A stretch of 60,661 nt of DNA, counting the filler, from Sphacelaria rigidula (taxonomy: Eukaryota): the NCBI GenBank assembly GCA_964200075.2. It is 8 parts of 8 records of this genome, joined end to end, with 100 filler letters (N's around TTAATTAATTAA, not from the genome) between each part and the next. Parts side by side here need not be neighbours in the genome. Positions count along the whole stretch, not along the records: positions 30,382 to 37,876 come from CAXNAA020014659.1; positions 37,977 to 45,471 come from CAXNAA020014660.1; positions 45,572 to 53,066 come from CAXNAA020014661.1; 5 more parts are not named here. The stretch is one strand, 5' to 3'. The notes under the pieces were generated by a model. It did not search any database, was not told the origin of the DNA, and was given only the letters and a program-made list of their open reading frames with translations. Of the stretch, positions 36,778-49,374 are shown piece by piece. Numbering within the stretch: position 1 is the first letter of the stretch; every line of letters begins with the position of its first letter. The translations under genes were made by a program, and so were the position numbers.

Positions 36778-37976
36778 CTGCGGCGGGTTCGGCGGCGATA
36801 GGCACCAGGGGGAGGGGGGAGGGGGTGGGAGAAGGAGAAAAAAGCAGACGAAAAAAGTGTAAATATCCAAAACATCAAAATACATTGAATATATTCCCGA
36901 GTATCACATATATTAAAAGAAAAAAAAGATACGCCATGCCTCGGTGGTCAGAGTATTATCAGCGGCCACTGTGGGCGGCGGAGTGCGTGGGTTCAACTCT
37001 CGACTGTTACTGTACTGTTGTTGTTGCTGTGTTGCTGAACGAGAATCGTTCCTTTCCTTCACTTCTTTCAGTCGTAACAAGTGTGACATGTAACAAGCGT
37101 GGGGACGGGGGTTAAGGACCTTAACTGTGGGAGTCGGCGGGCTGTCGCTGGCGGAGTGCTGCTCGGAAGCTCCATGACTGAATTATGACTCAATCATGAA
37201 TTGCGAGACTGCCATCAATACCCAACAAAGACGGTCAAACCGTTGAGGCGACGGCAAAGGCGATTGCAAAGGCGAACGCGAAGGCGAACGCGAAGGCGAA
37301 CGCAAGGGACGTGTGTCGAGAAGGGGAGGAAGAGAGGAAGACGGATTCACACTCCGAAGTGGAAACTTTGAGGCCACTTGTCATGATCCAAAAAACGATA
37401 TCTCAGAAAGCTGCCTTTTGGCCTTCTACGTCGTTGTACGCCCGAGAATGGGGCTAGTAATACAGTATGGATATATAACAGGCGAATTTTGACATGTGGG
37501 CACGGTATGCTACGAGGCTGGTACTAGGCTCTGGGACGGTGCCAGGACAGCTTCGCGTTTCCCAGTGCCTGCAGCAAACGATTTGGTCAGATGGGAAAAA
37601 ATTTGGACAAATGGTCCAAGTTTGAAAATACTTTGAATTTCCCGGTAACTTACCGCGCATTCGGCATTTAGGGCCCTTCTTAACGAAGGAGATAATCCCC
37701 TTTTTGAAAATCCCCTTTTCGAAAAACGCCCGGTGATTGGTCGCTGCGATATCACCCCCCAAAACAAATCCCCTCAACGTGCATGGAAACCCCCTCTGGA
37801 GAGGGGATTTCAAGACTTACTGAAATCCCCTTTTCAAAAGGGGATTTCCGGACACCTCGAAAGGGAACATACGTGTNNNNNNNNNNNNNNNNNNNNNNNN
37901 NNNNNNNNNNNNNNNNNNNNTTAATTAATTAANNNNNNNNNNNNNNNNNNNNNNNNNNNNNNNNNNNNNNNNNNNN

Positions 37977-40478
37977 CTTCCGGACTCTCTGGGAGCTCGT
38001 GGGTGGGGCGCAGGGGGGGACGCCGGCGGCACAATACTCCTTGAATCTGTACGAGGACCAGGCATCCGTTTCCGCGATGACTTTGTTGGTGGCATTTATT
38101 TCCTGTAAGGGACAGCGTAGAAAGTGCACCCGCCAAAGTTCAGCGAGCCGAAAAAATGGTGGTAGATATGGCACAAGTTCGGTACCGTACGATCGTAGTT
38201 TGAAGTCGCCGACAGTAGGGTTAGTGGAGGGAGGATGAGCTAAGCGCCGAGAGACTCGAAACTATGAGCCAAAAGAGTGACGCGAAGCCCTCACCAGCAG
38301 CAGCAGGCGATGAAGGTCTCACCCCTCAAAGCCTATCGGTAACACGACGGAGAGACTTGAGAAGGTGATGGTGGAAGGGGGATGATATGGAGGATGCCCT
38401 GATTGGTTCGATCCAAGTGAGTGATTGATTGTCCCACGTGAGCTCATACGCTACAGATGCAGCCATGGTGATGAGGTAGACGTACCCAAGGTGAGCAAAA
38501 ATGGGGACTATCACCACAAAAATCTGCAGAGGACTGAGCGCCATTTTCACGCACTTACCCCGAATGTTCCCTGTGAACACCCCCAAACTCTGATGTCGAC
38601 TGCTCACATCTTGCCCCGTAAGCCCTGATCGGGTTTGGATACTAACTACTCAAGAGCAGGGGCGATCTATGGAAAGTGTCTATCGAGCATTCAATTTTTT
38701 TTTCACGGGGATGATCTTTGAATAGCTTCGTGCAAGCACTGGTTTCAGGCTACAAATTTACACACTGCTGTGCAACCTCTCTCCCGTATCAGGAGTAGCA
38801 TGTATTAGAGGCGGGGATAAGGGTCCAGCCCTCGAATTTATGTGGAGGTGAAGCCTTTCAAGCTCAGGCTGTTGTTGATGTCACGTTGAAGTCCTGTGCA
38901 GTTACTCTGTACGATACTCCCTACAGTACATAATTCAGTACTCTTGAATGTATCTTACTGTTCATGTGTTGATGAAATCTTGCATAAAAAAATCGTACAC
39001 ATGAACTCCCATGTAAACATTGACTCACACACAACACCATGTACCGTGCGGGAGCACAGTCACATACATACGTCGCCGACACGTTCCTGTTCTCCAGTGT
39101 TGAGGTCTGGTGGCAGCTCCCATCATTCCTGTTGATGAGCAGTCCTGCAGATCAAATTGTAAGCAAAGTCGACTTCCTGAACACGTGCCGAACACAACAT
39201 ATGTTCACCACTTGTCTTGTGCACCCAAAATTTACGTAGTCATCATCACTTCTAGAATGACGCAGAAGCAGCTGGGAGCAGCGGTATGAGAGACATACGA
39301 TTGGTTATATGTCCGCAGCGAGGATTCAACTAGCGAAGAACTTGGGAAACAAGCTATGACGGAAGGGCCTTACTCCCGAGCAAGCAACGAGCTTTTACCA
39401 TATTAAATTCTACTCTGCCCGTCCCCCCATCTTGTTTGTGCGCGCTCTTTCTTGTACAACACAAAAATCAAAGGAGAATGACAAGGAAATGGTGTCAACT
39501 CTGCTAGCTTTCAGGGCGAAATTGGACTTGGTGCTGTCTACTGCTTGCGACGGGAACGAGAGTTACCAGTATAAATTGAAGGAGGCCTGGGAGACCTTCC
39601 TCAACGCTAGGTATGTTCGAGCCGCACACGTCAACTGTCGATCCTGAAAACCATGTCCCAGAATATCACTAACTTGAGTCTTTCGTAGAAGGGTTGCTGT
39701 GTCGTATAACGCTTGTGTTTTGGAATTGTTTGCGTAGCTCGGCAGATGAGAATCCATTTGCGAGTTCGTCCGTTGGCTTGTGCCTACCTGTAATGTTGAT
39801 GGTAACGGTAGCGGGTCACTGACCAGCAGCGATCTTCACATTGGGCTCCATTCCACTTCATGGATGTTGTCACCGGTGCCCCGCAAGGAGAATGTGAGAG
39901 GGAAAGGCGACTGGGTAGTTGCATAGGGACGTGTCATAGCCCTCCCATCGCGAGAAGCTCATGGTGTGGGCTGCGAAAGTACTTGAAGCACCTCTCGTCA
40001 AGGGCGACTTTGCCCTGGTTGTCCTCTAGCACGTAAAGTATCTCCTAGCTTTGATTTGGGAAAACGCTGAAAATACACAAACACATATATCGCGAGGTAA
40101 CAAGAGGATACAGCATATAACGTCGGGGACGAGATAATAATGAAAAAAAATGAAGCATTTTTCGGCAAGGTGTCATGGCAAAGCTGACCTTCAGGTACAT
40201 TTCACACGGCAACTGATGTACCCTGTCTTCTCTCGACGGTTGTTGATATTTCCATCGTCTTGTGGTCTTGCGGTGTTTCTGATTATGCCCCTGGACATTC
40301 TCTGTATCTCTGTATCTCTCATGGGTGAGAGCTCGTGCCCAAATGGTATGGTGTGAAATAGCTGAGCCGCGATTTGCTCGCATCGCACGGTCTTTCTGTC
40401 TTGTTTTGTGTATGGGTGAATGTGGTTTTTGCGCATGGTGTTCTTCAGCTGATGCCATACTGCAGGGGCTGGCCACTC
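37977..40478 (-). pseudogene. Spliced membrane-protein (pseudo)gene antisense to and interleaved with the cullin gene
   Basis: AG/GT-bounded segments 40478-40189, 40044-39788, 39144-39029, 38523-38295 and 38102-contig edge splice to ...[18 protein letters not shown]...[20 protein letters not shown]...CDCAPARYMVLC|IFVVIVPIFAHLGYVYLITMAA...LHRLLLL|EINATNKVIAETDAW; several frameshifts and stops are needed. Confidence 0.55.
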
Positions 40479-43400
40479 CTAGAAAATTATTTCGTCATGA
40501 CTTACTTGTTCTTCATCGTGACCGGGTTTTCTAGTTAGTCTCCATTCCTTCTATTCCCTCTTCTTCTGCTTGGGTCTGTTCCTGTTTCTCAATCAATTAG
40601 TCAATCAATGTGATGGCGGGTCTCGATCTGTCGTGTCGTGTCAACAGGCAAAACCGCCCAGCGGAGCTGATGGCTAAGTTCTTGGATGCGAAGCTAAAGG
40701 GCGAGAAGGGGATGTCGGATGACGATGTAGAAGGCGTACTCGACAAGGTTATGGTGCTCTTCAGGTATAGCAGATACTCAATTAACATTGCGGTCGACAT
40801 ATACCAAGTGAGAAACAGTATGTGCTCCCATGGGAGACTGGCTAGCGCGGGTACTGTGCTGGTTGTCTACTATGGCTGTAGACGTTGAGTGGATGCAGTG
40901 TGGGACACATACAGGCTGATGGTCCTGAAGAGCGTGATACCTCTCCAAGACCAGACAGGTAGCAAGCTGTTGGTCATGGGGAATGATTCTGGTGGACGTT
41001 GTCTAGGGGACAAGGATTACCGGAACCGAGGATCGTCAAGAGCATTCTCCCTCCACATGAACAAACCACGAGTGCCTCCCCCGTCCATTGTTGCAAACGA
41101 ACTTTTGTGTATGATCTTATCGGCCGGTCGCTGGTGCACTTCTGCAAGCTAACGTTTGAATTTATCCTTCTATCCGCTGGTCTCCCACGTATTCTGAAGC
41201 CTGTGTGTGCTGCGCAATGGCCTTAAGCGCGCGGTAAGAGACGACATTTGGCTATCGATTCATCATATCGTAAACAAAAAAACTTTTTTTCTTGTTTTTC
41301 CTCACTTTTGACCCCCCCCGTTCTCGGGACGAGTCCTTGGTGTCAAGGGATCAATTAGCCTCTCTTCCCGTACATGCATTACGCTTGATTTCGCGGATTG
41401 GACCAGAACTCCCCCACCGCGTCGACTATCGTATAACAAACTCAGCTAAACAATTTCTTGTTGCAACTCATGCACGTCTTGACGCTTCCAACGACGGAAA
41501 GTAGATTCTTCTGAGGGGAAAGCCAATTCAGACGATATAGCGGAAATCGAACTTACATTTCCCCCGCCCATATGGTGTCAGCTGTACCATTAAACCGTTG
41601 TGACGCTGCGGCAAACATTTTATGTACGAGCTGAACCAGCCTAGAGGCGGATCCGAAAACTCTTCACACCCCGAGGCGTTTTTTTTTATGCCCTGTTTAT
41701 TTTCCATTCCAAATTTGAAAGTCCAACTCTCAAAATCAAGGTGAAAGTGGGCGAGTTGGATTCAGGTCCAGGGCCGATCGAGATTCGGAACAGTATTTGG
41801 CAGGCCATTTACCAGCCCAGTTTGGGTGTTTGTGCTTTGAATTTTTGTTGTAGGAAAATTGCAAGGGCATGATGGGAAAAAATATGAAACACGTTGATTT
41901 TTGATTTTTTTTCATGAGTTGAGGACGTCAAGCCCGTCTCTTCACGAGAACATCCTTATCTCGCCAAAAAAGAAAGCTGAAGGCTCACTTTTTTGTGTTC
42001 AGTATGCCCCTGTGATTCTTCATACGAGTACTCATTTTCAAGTAATAATTCTACAAATTGAGCTTGGAAACTGAGATGAACAAAAACACTGTCAATTTTG
42101 CACTTAAATGCCATAAGATACGAAAAACAAATGGGAAAACGTCAAGGAGCTGTTTTTTTTTCATCATGCTCTTGGGATTCTCCATACTAAATTTCAAAGC
42201 ATAACTCTCAAAAGTGACAGGCAAAATCGAGATTTAGTGCGTTTGGTACCTCTGCTCGTAGTATATTGAGTTCAGTATAGAGAACTATGCGCACCATATG
42301 TCCAGATAGACGACGAATTAGGTGAAGGCGGGGGTACTCATCATTTCCCTGTGCTCCAGGGAATGTTCGCACTAAAAATAGTCGTCATGTGATGTAAGTT
42401 ATCATTCGGGGTTTCATATAGACTCTAGTATGGACCGTATCCCCGTACGGTATAGGAATTACTCGACATGACGTCTAAGCAACGGAAAAAAGTCTGGCAT
42501 AGGCTGTTGAGCAGATGGCCATCTTCCAATTGATTCGGCGGTTTATAAGATATGCGGATTACGACCCAATTGATCTGTGCCGATGCAATATGACTGAGGG
42601 ACCTTACATCCGTTTTTAGGATAGGTCAGCTGGTAAAGTACTCGCGTTTCGGGTGAGGCTAAAGAAATGAGAGTTGAGCCTATCTCAAAAGTAGCATACT
42701 GGACTTGTGGATCAGCTCTATATGTGCACGGATACGTGAAAAGCAACCTGCATACGTTGGCAAGCCCAGGAAGAGACGACTGCGTGTCAGTCCACACTTC
42801 CAAGTCCACGTGTAGTCATTCACTGCATCCAGCAGCCCGAGATCGTTTGGGTACGGTCCAATCGTCTTGCGGTATTTTTTCTTCCTGGGGTCCTTGCGCC
42901 CACGTCGTAAAAGGAAGAATATGCCTAGCTTCGGCGTACACTTCGGCCCCGGCACTAGATTTCAAACGGCAGCCTTTTTTAGCGGGAGAGCCCGAATCAG
43001 CTCCCGTCGCCGGCATATGTAGTTTCACTGCCGGACACATGCAAAAGCAGCTGGGGCATCTATACACGTGCATGTGCCATTTTGTGTTTCGAAGAACGGT
43101 GGCGCTTCTTGTGTTTTCGATACATTTATGTTCGTTGCGCCCGTGCGGTGGGGCTGAGATGGGTCTGGCTCTGCCGTTTCGTGTGTGTTTGTGCGTATGT
43201 TACTGGAATCTGACAGGTATTTGCAGGGGAAGGACGTGTTCGAAGCGTTTTACAAGAAGGACTTGGCGAAACGTCTTTTGTTGGGCAAGAGCTCCAGCTT
43301 CGACCTTGAGAAATCCATGATCTCCAAGCTGAAGGTACGGTTCCTCTTGTTTCTTTGTCATTCTTTTCGTTATTTCCCGTGCTCCCTTCCTTTCCCGTTT

Positions 43401-43652
43401 TTTTTTTTCCCTTCTTTTTCTTGTGTGTATTCAATCGCTTCCTCGTTTCTCGTTTGGGCGGCCACTGTTTCTTCTCCCCTGGAACAGACCGAGTGCGGCA
43501 GCGCCTTCACCTCCAAACTAGAGGGCATGTTTAAGGACATCGACCTCAGCCGAGACTTGATGGCCACGTACTCCCAGCACTTGCGTACTAAGCTCGACGA
43601 CACCACTGTATTCCGACACCAGCAAAGCCGGGACATGGACTTGCATGTGCAG
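39474..43652 (+). CDS. CUL4: Cullin-4-like protein, four internal exons (partial gene)
   Basis: Exons 39474-39610 ([18 protein letters not shown]...[11 protein letters not shown]), 40648-40764 ([18 protein letters not shown]...LDKVMVLFR), 43217-43334 ([39 protein letters not shown]) and 43488-43652 ([25 protein letters not shown]...); phases consistent; [17 protein letters not shown] is typical of CUL4. Confidence 0.93.
41830..42203. repeat. AT-rich inverted-repeat element in cullin intron
   Basis: TGCTTTGAATTT...CAAGGGCATGATGGGAAAAAA is an imperfect reverse complement of TTTTTTTCATCATGCTCTTG...AAATTTCAAAGCA. Confidence 0.55.
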
Positions 43653-44829
43653 GTGTGAATCTGGCGGGCCGAGTACGTGAACGATTGAAAGTGTAGAACA
43701 GGGATTGGAAGCGCGAACCCTCCGGGGAATATCCCCTCCTATCCCCGGTACCAGACGCCTCGTTATTCACAAATACCCACTGTTGTGGAAGCTGGCAAAG
43801 AAAAGCATCCGCAACCATATGGCAGGCACCCCGCTGTGGTCGGGTCAGTCTTGTTCAATAGCACGTCTGGAGTGTTGATGTATAGTAGATACAGAATATT
43901 GTAGGTCGCGATGCAAACCCCTCAATCATCAAAATGTCAACTCCAATGGCTTCAGTCCCCTAGTACAGCCCGTCATGTCTGTTTTGATGAACCTTCGCGC
44001 GGCCACGTTATGCACCATTGTATCCCAAATCGCAGGAGCCTTGCACAAGTGCTGTACTAAAATGTGACGCATGCGCGGGTAGTATCATCGGCTGGGTCAA
44101 TACACAGCTTAAATCTTCGGTTTAGACTCATTTGTACGTGAAAAGAGATGCTCACGCTGCGAGCCATGGGGATGTCTGCACAACAATCCTGGCTTGTTGA
44201 AAGCGATCTTGGGTTTGGCAACGAGTGCAATAACGTTGGGTCATATGTCCCATTTATTCACACACTGGACAATGGACACAACAGTAGTCCACCGCTGCAA
44301 AAATGGCGCGGGGGCAAACCTATTGATGTATACTGTCGAAGACAAAATATGTGACATACATCTACTGATACGTATTGCAAGCAACAGTGGATGTTGCAAG
44401 CGTCGATCAGAAGTTAATCGCAACTGCTATATATTTAAATCACTGGCCATCGATGGACATCGTATAACGGAATAGATTCTAGCATGTATTTATCGATAGT
44501 CATTGCTGTAATCAATAGATTTAGTGAGCCCTCTATGGTAGCCATTGTCGCCATGAAAATATTTGGTGAATCATCTATCGATAGCCATTGCCGTCAACGA
44601 TGGGTTATTTTACGCAGCATCTATCGACAGCCGATGCCGCCAACAAAAGGTTTCGAGTTAAGATATATTATTGCTCACTGGGGTTGTCTTACGGCATCAG
44701 CGGCAAAAATCTTAACACATCGACACGCAACTACCTGAGGCGATAGCTTTTGTGGAAGGTGGAAACACCCACCCAAAATGTTTCATGAAAAGGTATTGAT
44801 CGACGCCGTTCAGCTCCTATTGAGGCCAG

Positions 44830-44865
<36 letters not shown>

Positions 44866-45394
44866 TTTCCGCGTTCCAGATCCTATTGTGATCAGCGGTC
44901 GACATCGGTGAGCGTAATTTAGATCCCACTATGACTGGCAATATGTATTGGCGACTGTAATGTAGATTCCACTGTAATCAGCAATACTGTAGGCATGAGT
45001 GACCGCAGTTCAAAATCTACTGCAACAAATAACCTTTATCGATATACTTTTTGGCTATTCAATTGCCACGGCAATGACTGCATTCTGCCCCTTGTTGCCC
45101 ACGACAGCTCTCAATAGACAAGTGATGCCAGTCGATTGTGGCTGACAATGGTCGTCGGTAGTCACATAGTCGGGGCTGCTGTGGCGGCGGCAGTGTTCTA
45201 TTAGTCTTCCGTTCAGGGTAGAAGCACATCTCACCCACGCACAAAAACACTCTAAGCGCTCTTGTTCATCAGAGCGAAAACCCTGAGTACCAACACACCA
45301 ACAATACTCGTTAACCTCTGTCCACAAATACGGCTGATTCCTACAATGTACAACCGCTCCGATTTTGTAGAATCGTGGCGTCATATTTTCACAG

Positions 45395-45395
45395 G

Positions 45396-45468
<73 letters not shown>
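45395..45468. repeat. (TTG)n microsatellite
   Basis: About 24 units at the contig end; an (AT)n run also lies at 44833-44862. Confidence 0.97.
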
Positions 45469-45571
45469 ATTNNNNNNNNNNNNNNNNNNNNNNNNNNNNN
45501 NNNNNNNNNNNNNNNTTAATTAATTAANNNNNNNNNNNNNNNNNNNNNNNNNNNNNNNNNNNNNNNNNNNN

Positions 45572-47870
45572 GGAAAGATGGACGAGGGGATAGCTACACT
45601 CTGGGCACAGGACGGTAAAACGGTCAGAAGTTCGAAGGGACAGAGGGAAGTGCTAGTCGAGCATTACCGTAAACTAGGACCACTAGAAACCACCACGGAG
45701 TTCGACAAGGAATTCGAAAAAGAAATCAACACGGGGGCAGAGGAAATGTAGAGACGTCAAAACGGGAGGATAGAGGCTCGAAAGATCTGCGGAGAGGATA
45801 TACCACTGATGAAGCAAAGGAGTGCGTAGCAAATTTCAAGGCCAGAAAGGCAGCAGGGGCAGGCGAAATAGTGAAAGAAATTCTAAAGTACGGGGAAGAG
45901 GAAATACTTACCATGATGGTTATCCTGTATAACTGGATCTGGGAGAACGAGTACACCCCCAAGAAGTGACAAGATGGAGTAGTCGTCAATCTCTTCAAGA
46001 ACGGAGACAAGTCTGACCCTGAATATTACAGAGGGATAACGCTGCTGAGCACAGTAGGTTTATTATGTAAGATCCTGAACGATAGAGTAGGAACGATGCT
46101 ATGAAATCAGGACACAATCGGCTAGGGGCAAGCAGGATTCAGACCGAATCGTAGTTGCGTAGACCATGTACATACTAGTTATCTATAGATTATTCAGGGT
46201 AGGAAAGACGCCGGGCTGACAACGTGCTGTTTTTTTCTGGACGTGCGAAAGGCTCATGGCCCAGTATGAAGAAATGGGTTGCGGAAAACGTTGTGGGAAG
46301 CTGCGATTAGAGGGAAAATATGGAAAGTGGTGGAGAAGATGACAGAGTATGCCAAAACTGCGATGATGCTAGACGGGAAAATATCGACATATTTTGATAT
46401 TTTACGAGGAGTTTGGCAAGGACGTAGGTTATCGCCCAAATCATTCAAGTTACTTTGTTAATTACTTGGTAATAGCAATAGAAGCAGCAAAGCAAGGGGT
46501 CGAGGGGAGTGACGACATGGCATCAGGATTGATGCCTGCGGATGATTTTGTGGGGATTTCAGAAACAGCAGAAGGATCACAACAGCAGATAGATAAGGCG
46601 CTAAAATACATGAGGAGATGGGGGGTGACAACGAACGTTAACAAACGCGCGGTACTTGTATGTAACGAAGATGAGAAACATCTGTTAGAGTTCAAATGAA
46701 AGTGGGGAGAAGAGGAATTCCCGGTCGTAGACCAGTATACATACCTTGGCGTAGAGATCTATAAAAACCCTCTTGGGACGCATACATGAAAAAATGTGAT
46801 AGGAAAAGGCAAGGCACAGATAGGCAGGATGGACGTGATCCTCAGAGACTCGCACCTAGATACGATGATTAGGAAATGTATCGTGATGGATATGATCGTA
46901 ACAAAGCTGGAATATGCAGGAGAAGTATGGGAGAGGGACGTGAAGTTGGTGAGGAAGTTGGGAACAGTACAGATGACAGCAGCTAAGAAATACTTGGATG
47001 CTCTGAAACGACAAGTAGTTCAGCACTGAGAGCGGAATTGCGGATGTACCGATTAAAAACAAACAGAGACACGAGAAAACTGCAATGGTAATATAGCTTA
47101 AATAACATGCGAAGAAAGAGATTGCCGGTCATAGTTGATAAGGCCGTATGGAAGAAATTACGAAAGGGCAGGCTGGAATGAGGTGGGGCAGAGAAGTTGA
47201 GGAAGAAGGAGATGGTAGGTAACCAAGACGAAAGGTATCCATAGGTGAAGGCGCGGGGTATAAGGCAAAAGTATGAGACATGATGAAAATAGCGGAAGAA
47301 GGAGCGCTTAGCCGCAAAGTAGACGAGGGAGAACACCTGAGGATATACGGGGGGTTGAGAGAGGGGATATGCATTAAATCATATTTGCCTGGCCTATTGG
47401 ACGCGGGGAAACATTTGAAACTGCGATTTCGGGTGGGGAACCTAGACCTGCCAGAAAGAAGAATGAGATATACTAGTAGTCGAAAGAACGAGGAAGCAGA
47501 TGCACAGAATTATCCCTATGACAAAGTAATAGAGAGCAGGCGTCATACAGTGGCAGAACGGGAATTATACAAGGAGGAAGAGGGCGTGCTAGAGGGGGAA
47601 ATGCGGGACGTGAACGAAGGTGGCATGAAATCGTTTGATGCATCAGACAGTAGGGGGAAACGATGGCTGTACTAGGAATTGAATGGTAGCCACAGACGGC
47701 GAAGCAGGACGGGGAAAAGATTCGTAAACGGTTTTTGTTCAATGCATTAAAGAAGCGTGACGAGCACCTGAACAATTGAGGTGTGTCTATTGGGAGTAGG
47801 AACGGTGCTCCGTCTCGGAATGGATGCGTGATCAATGGTCAAACGACTGAGGCAAGCAACGAATGAGCAC
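45572..47870 (+). mobile_element. Degenerate non-LTR retrotransposon (LINE), RT and C-terminal region
   Basis: Ordered RT motifs across frameshifts and stops: KAAGAGEI, VVVNLFKNGDKSDPEYYRGITLLSTVG, QAGFRPNRSCVDH, FFLDVRKA, GVWQGRRLSP, LMPADDFVG (YADD-equivalent), YTYLGV. Confidence 0.92.
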
Positions 47871-48514
47871 GACCCGCCATCCCCGCCCCCGCCGCCCACC
47901 CTCACCCAATCTCTGATCAGGGCAACGCGACAACGCGATGGCCGCGCTCTCCGCCTCCTCCGTTTCGAAGGTGCAAGCAAGACAACGCAAACGACACCTG
48001 GACCGACGGTGCTGCTTGTTTGAACCCCATCGAGAAGGTATACTTGGGCGAACGGAATGGTAGCGATATCCATCCTCATCGTGAAAGTCTACACTCAACT
48101 CAGGGTATACCCACCGGCAGTATAGCGTCGCCACCCGCTGCTGGTGGTGGTGGTGACGGCCATGAAGCTCTCGGGCTCGACGGTGTCGGACATTCAGCTG
48201 CAACAGGCACGCTTTGAGCGGGTGGCACCATCGCGGGCATCTGCATAACGTACGTGGACAAGGAAACGGTCCTCGCATGTCGATCGAATATTCTGCACGC
48301 TGGTCCGGGTCATATTCCATCATCATCAGTCGTACTTTTGGGCTTGTGTCAATACTAGGTCGCTGTAGAAGCAAGTGACTGACACGTAGAATATCTAAGA
48401 ACTCTTACTAACAGGACATTTTTTTTCATATTTTGTTTCCGCATATTTTCCCGAAAATATGGAAATGGATTCCGACTCCTACCGTCGGTGTCAGTATACG
48501 ACATGGGTTAGGCC

Positions 48515-49292
48515 TGTAGACAGGGTCCATGGCTCATCTTACCCAGGACGGCGGAAGTGTGTGTCGATGATGACTTCTCACTCGGTGTGAACTTGGACTT
48601 GACAAGCTTTGTAGGGCAGAGCTTGGGGTAAGGACAGGACTGAGACGGTACAGCGTCGGAATTGACGCCCTGAGAGAGGAGCATGGCCATAGCATTCGTG
48701 GATTCTTCCATAGGTCCCCGGAGTGACGGTTAGTTCCGGGATAAAACCCGGATGGAATATTGAGTTGGGTGAATCCCAATAACCCACAACAAGTGCCGCG
48801 TCTGTCAGATCGCTGAAACAGTACTCCGGCTCTGCAGACGTGTTTTGCCTCTTGTTGGCCCGGCCCCGGTACGTTACTCATGTTAACGTTTGATGCGTCT
48901 GTACAAGCGTTGGTGCCGAGGGCGTGTCTTGTGTTGGATATCGAACCACGTATCACTTCTATACATCAAGCTTTTCAACGTGGGACTAGGGGTACATCGA
49001 TTGGAAATGACCAACCCCCAGCCCCTGTGAACCCTATAGCCTCTGCAAGACGATCTGGACAAGAGGGCTTTCAACGAGGGACTCCTCCAGTATCACTGGC
49101 CTCGTGCTCAACAAGTCTTTTCTTCTAACTTGCTATTATCACGGAGCGATCCTCAACAGATCACATCACGAGCCACACAGGAAGGGGCCACATAGAAAAG
49201 GGCCATCAATCCAGGATCCCCTGTCCCCTGCCACTGCTCCAATCATGCGTGCGATTATGCTGAAACCTACGGGTTGGTATCATTTGACTACA
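48515..49292 (-). mobile_element. Candidate 3' LTR of the adjacent Gypsy element
   Basis: Begins about 90 nt after the chromodomain-coding end; inverted termini TGTAG...CTACA; no second LTR in the contig to confirm it. Confidence 0.45.
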
Positions 49293-49374
49293 GTACCCTC
49301 GAAGCGAGTTCAAGACAAACGAACAAGCTTGACAATCAACAAAAACCAAGGCGGAATCGCATGCGCCAGATCAC

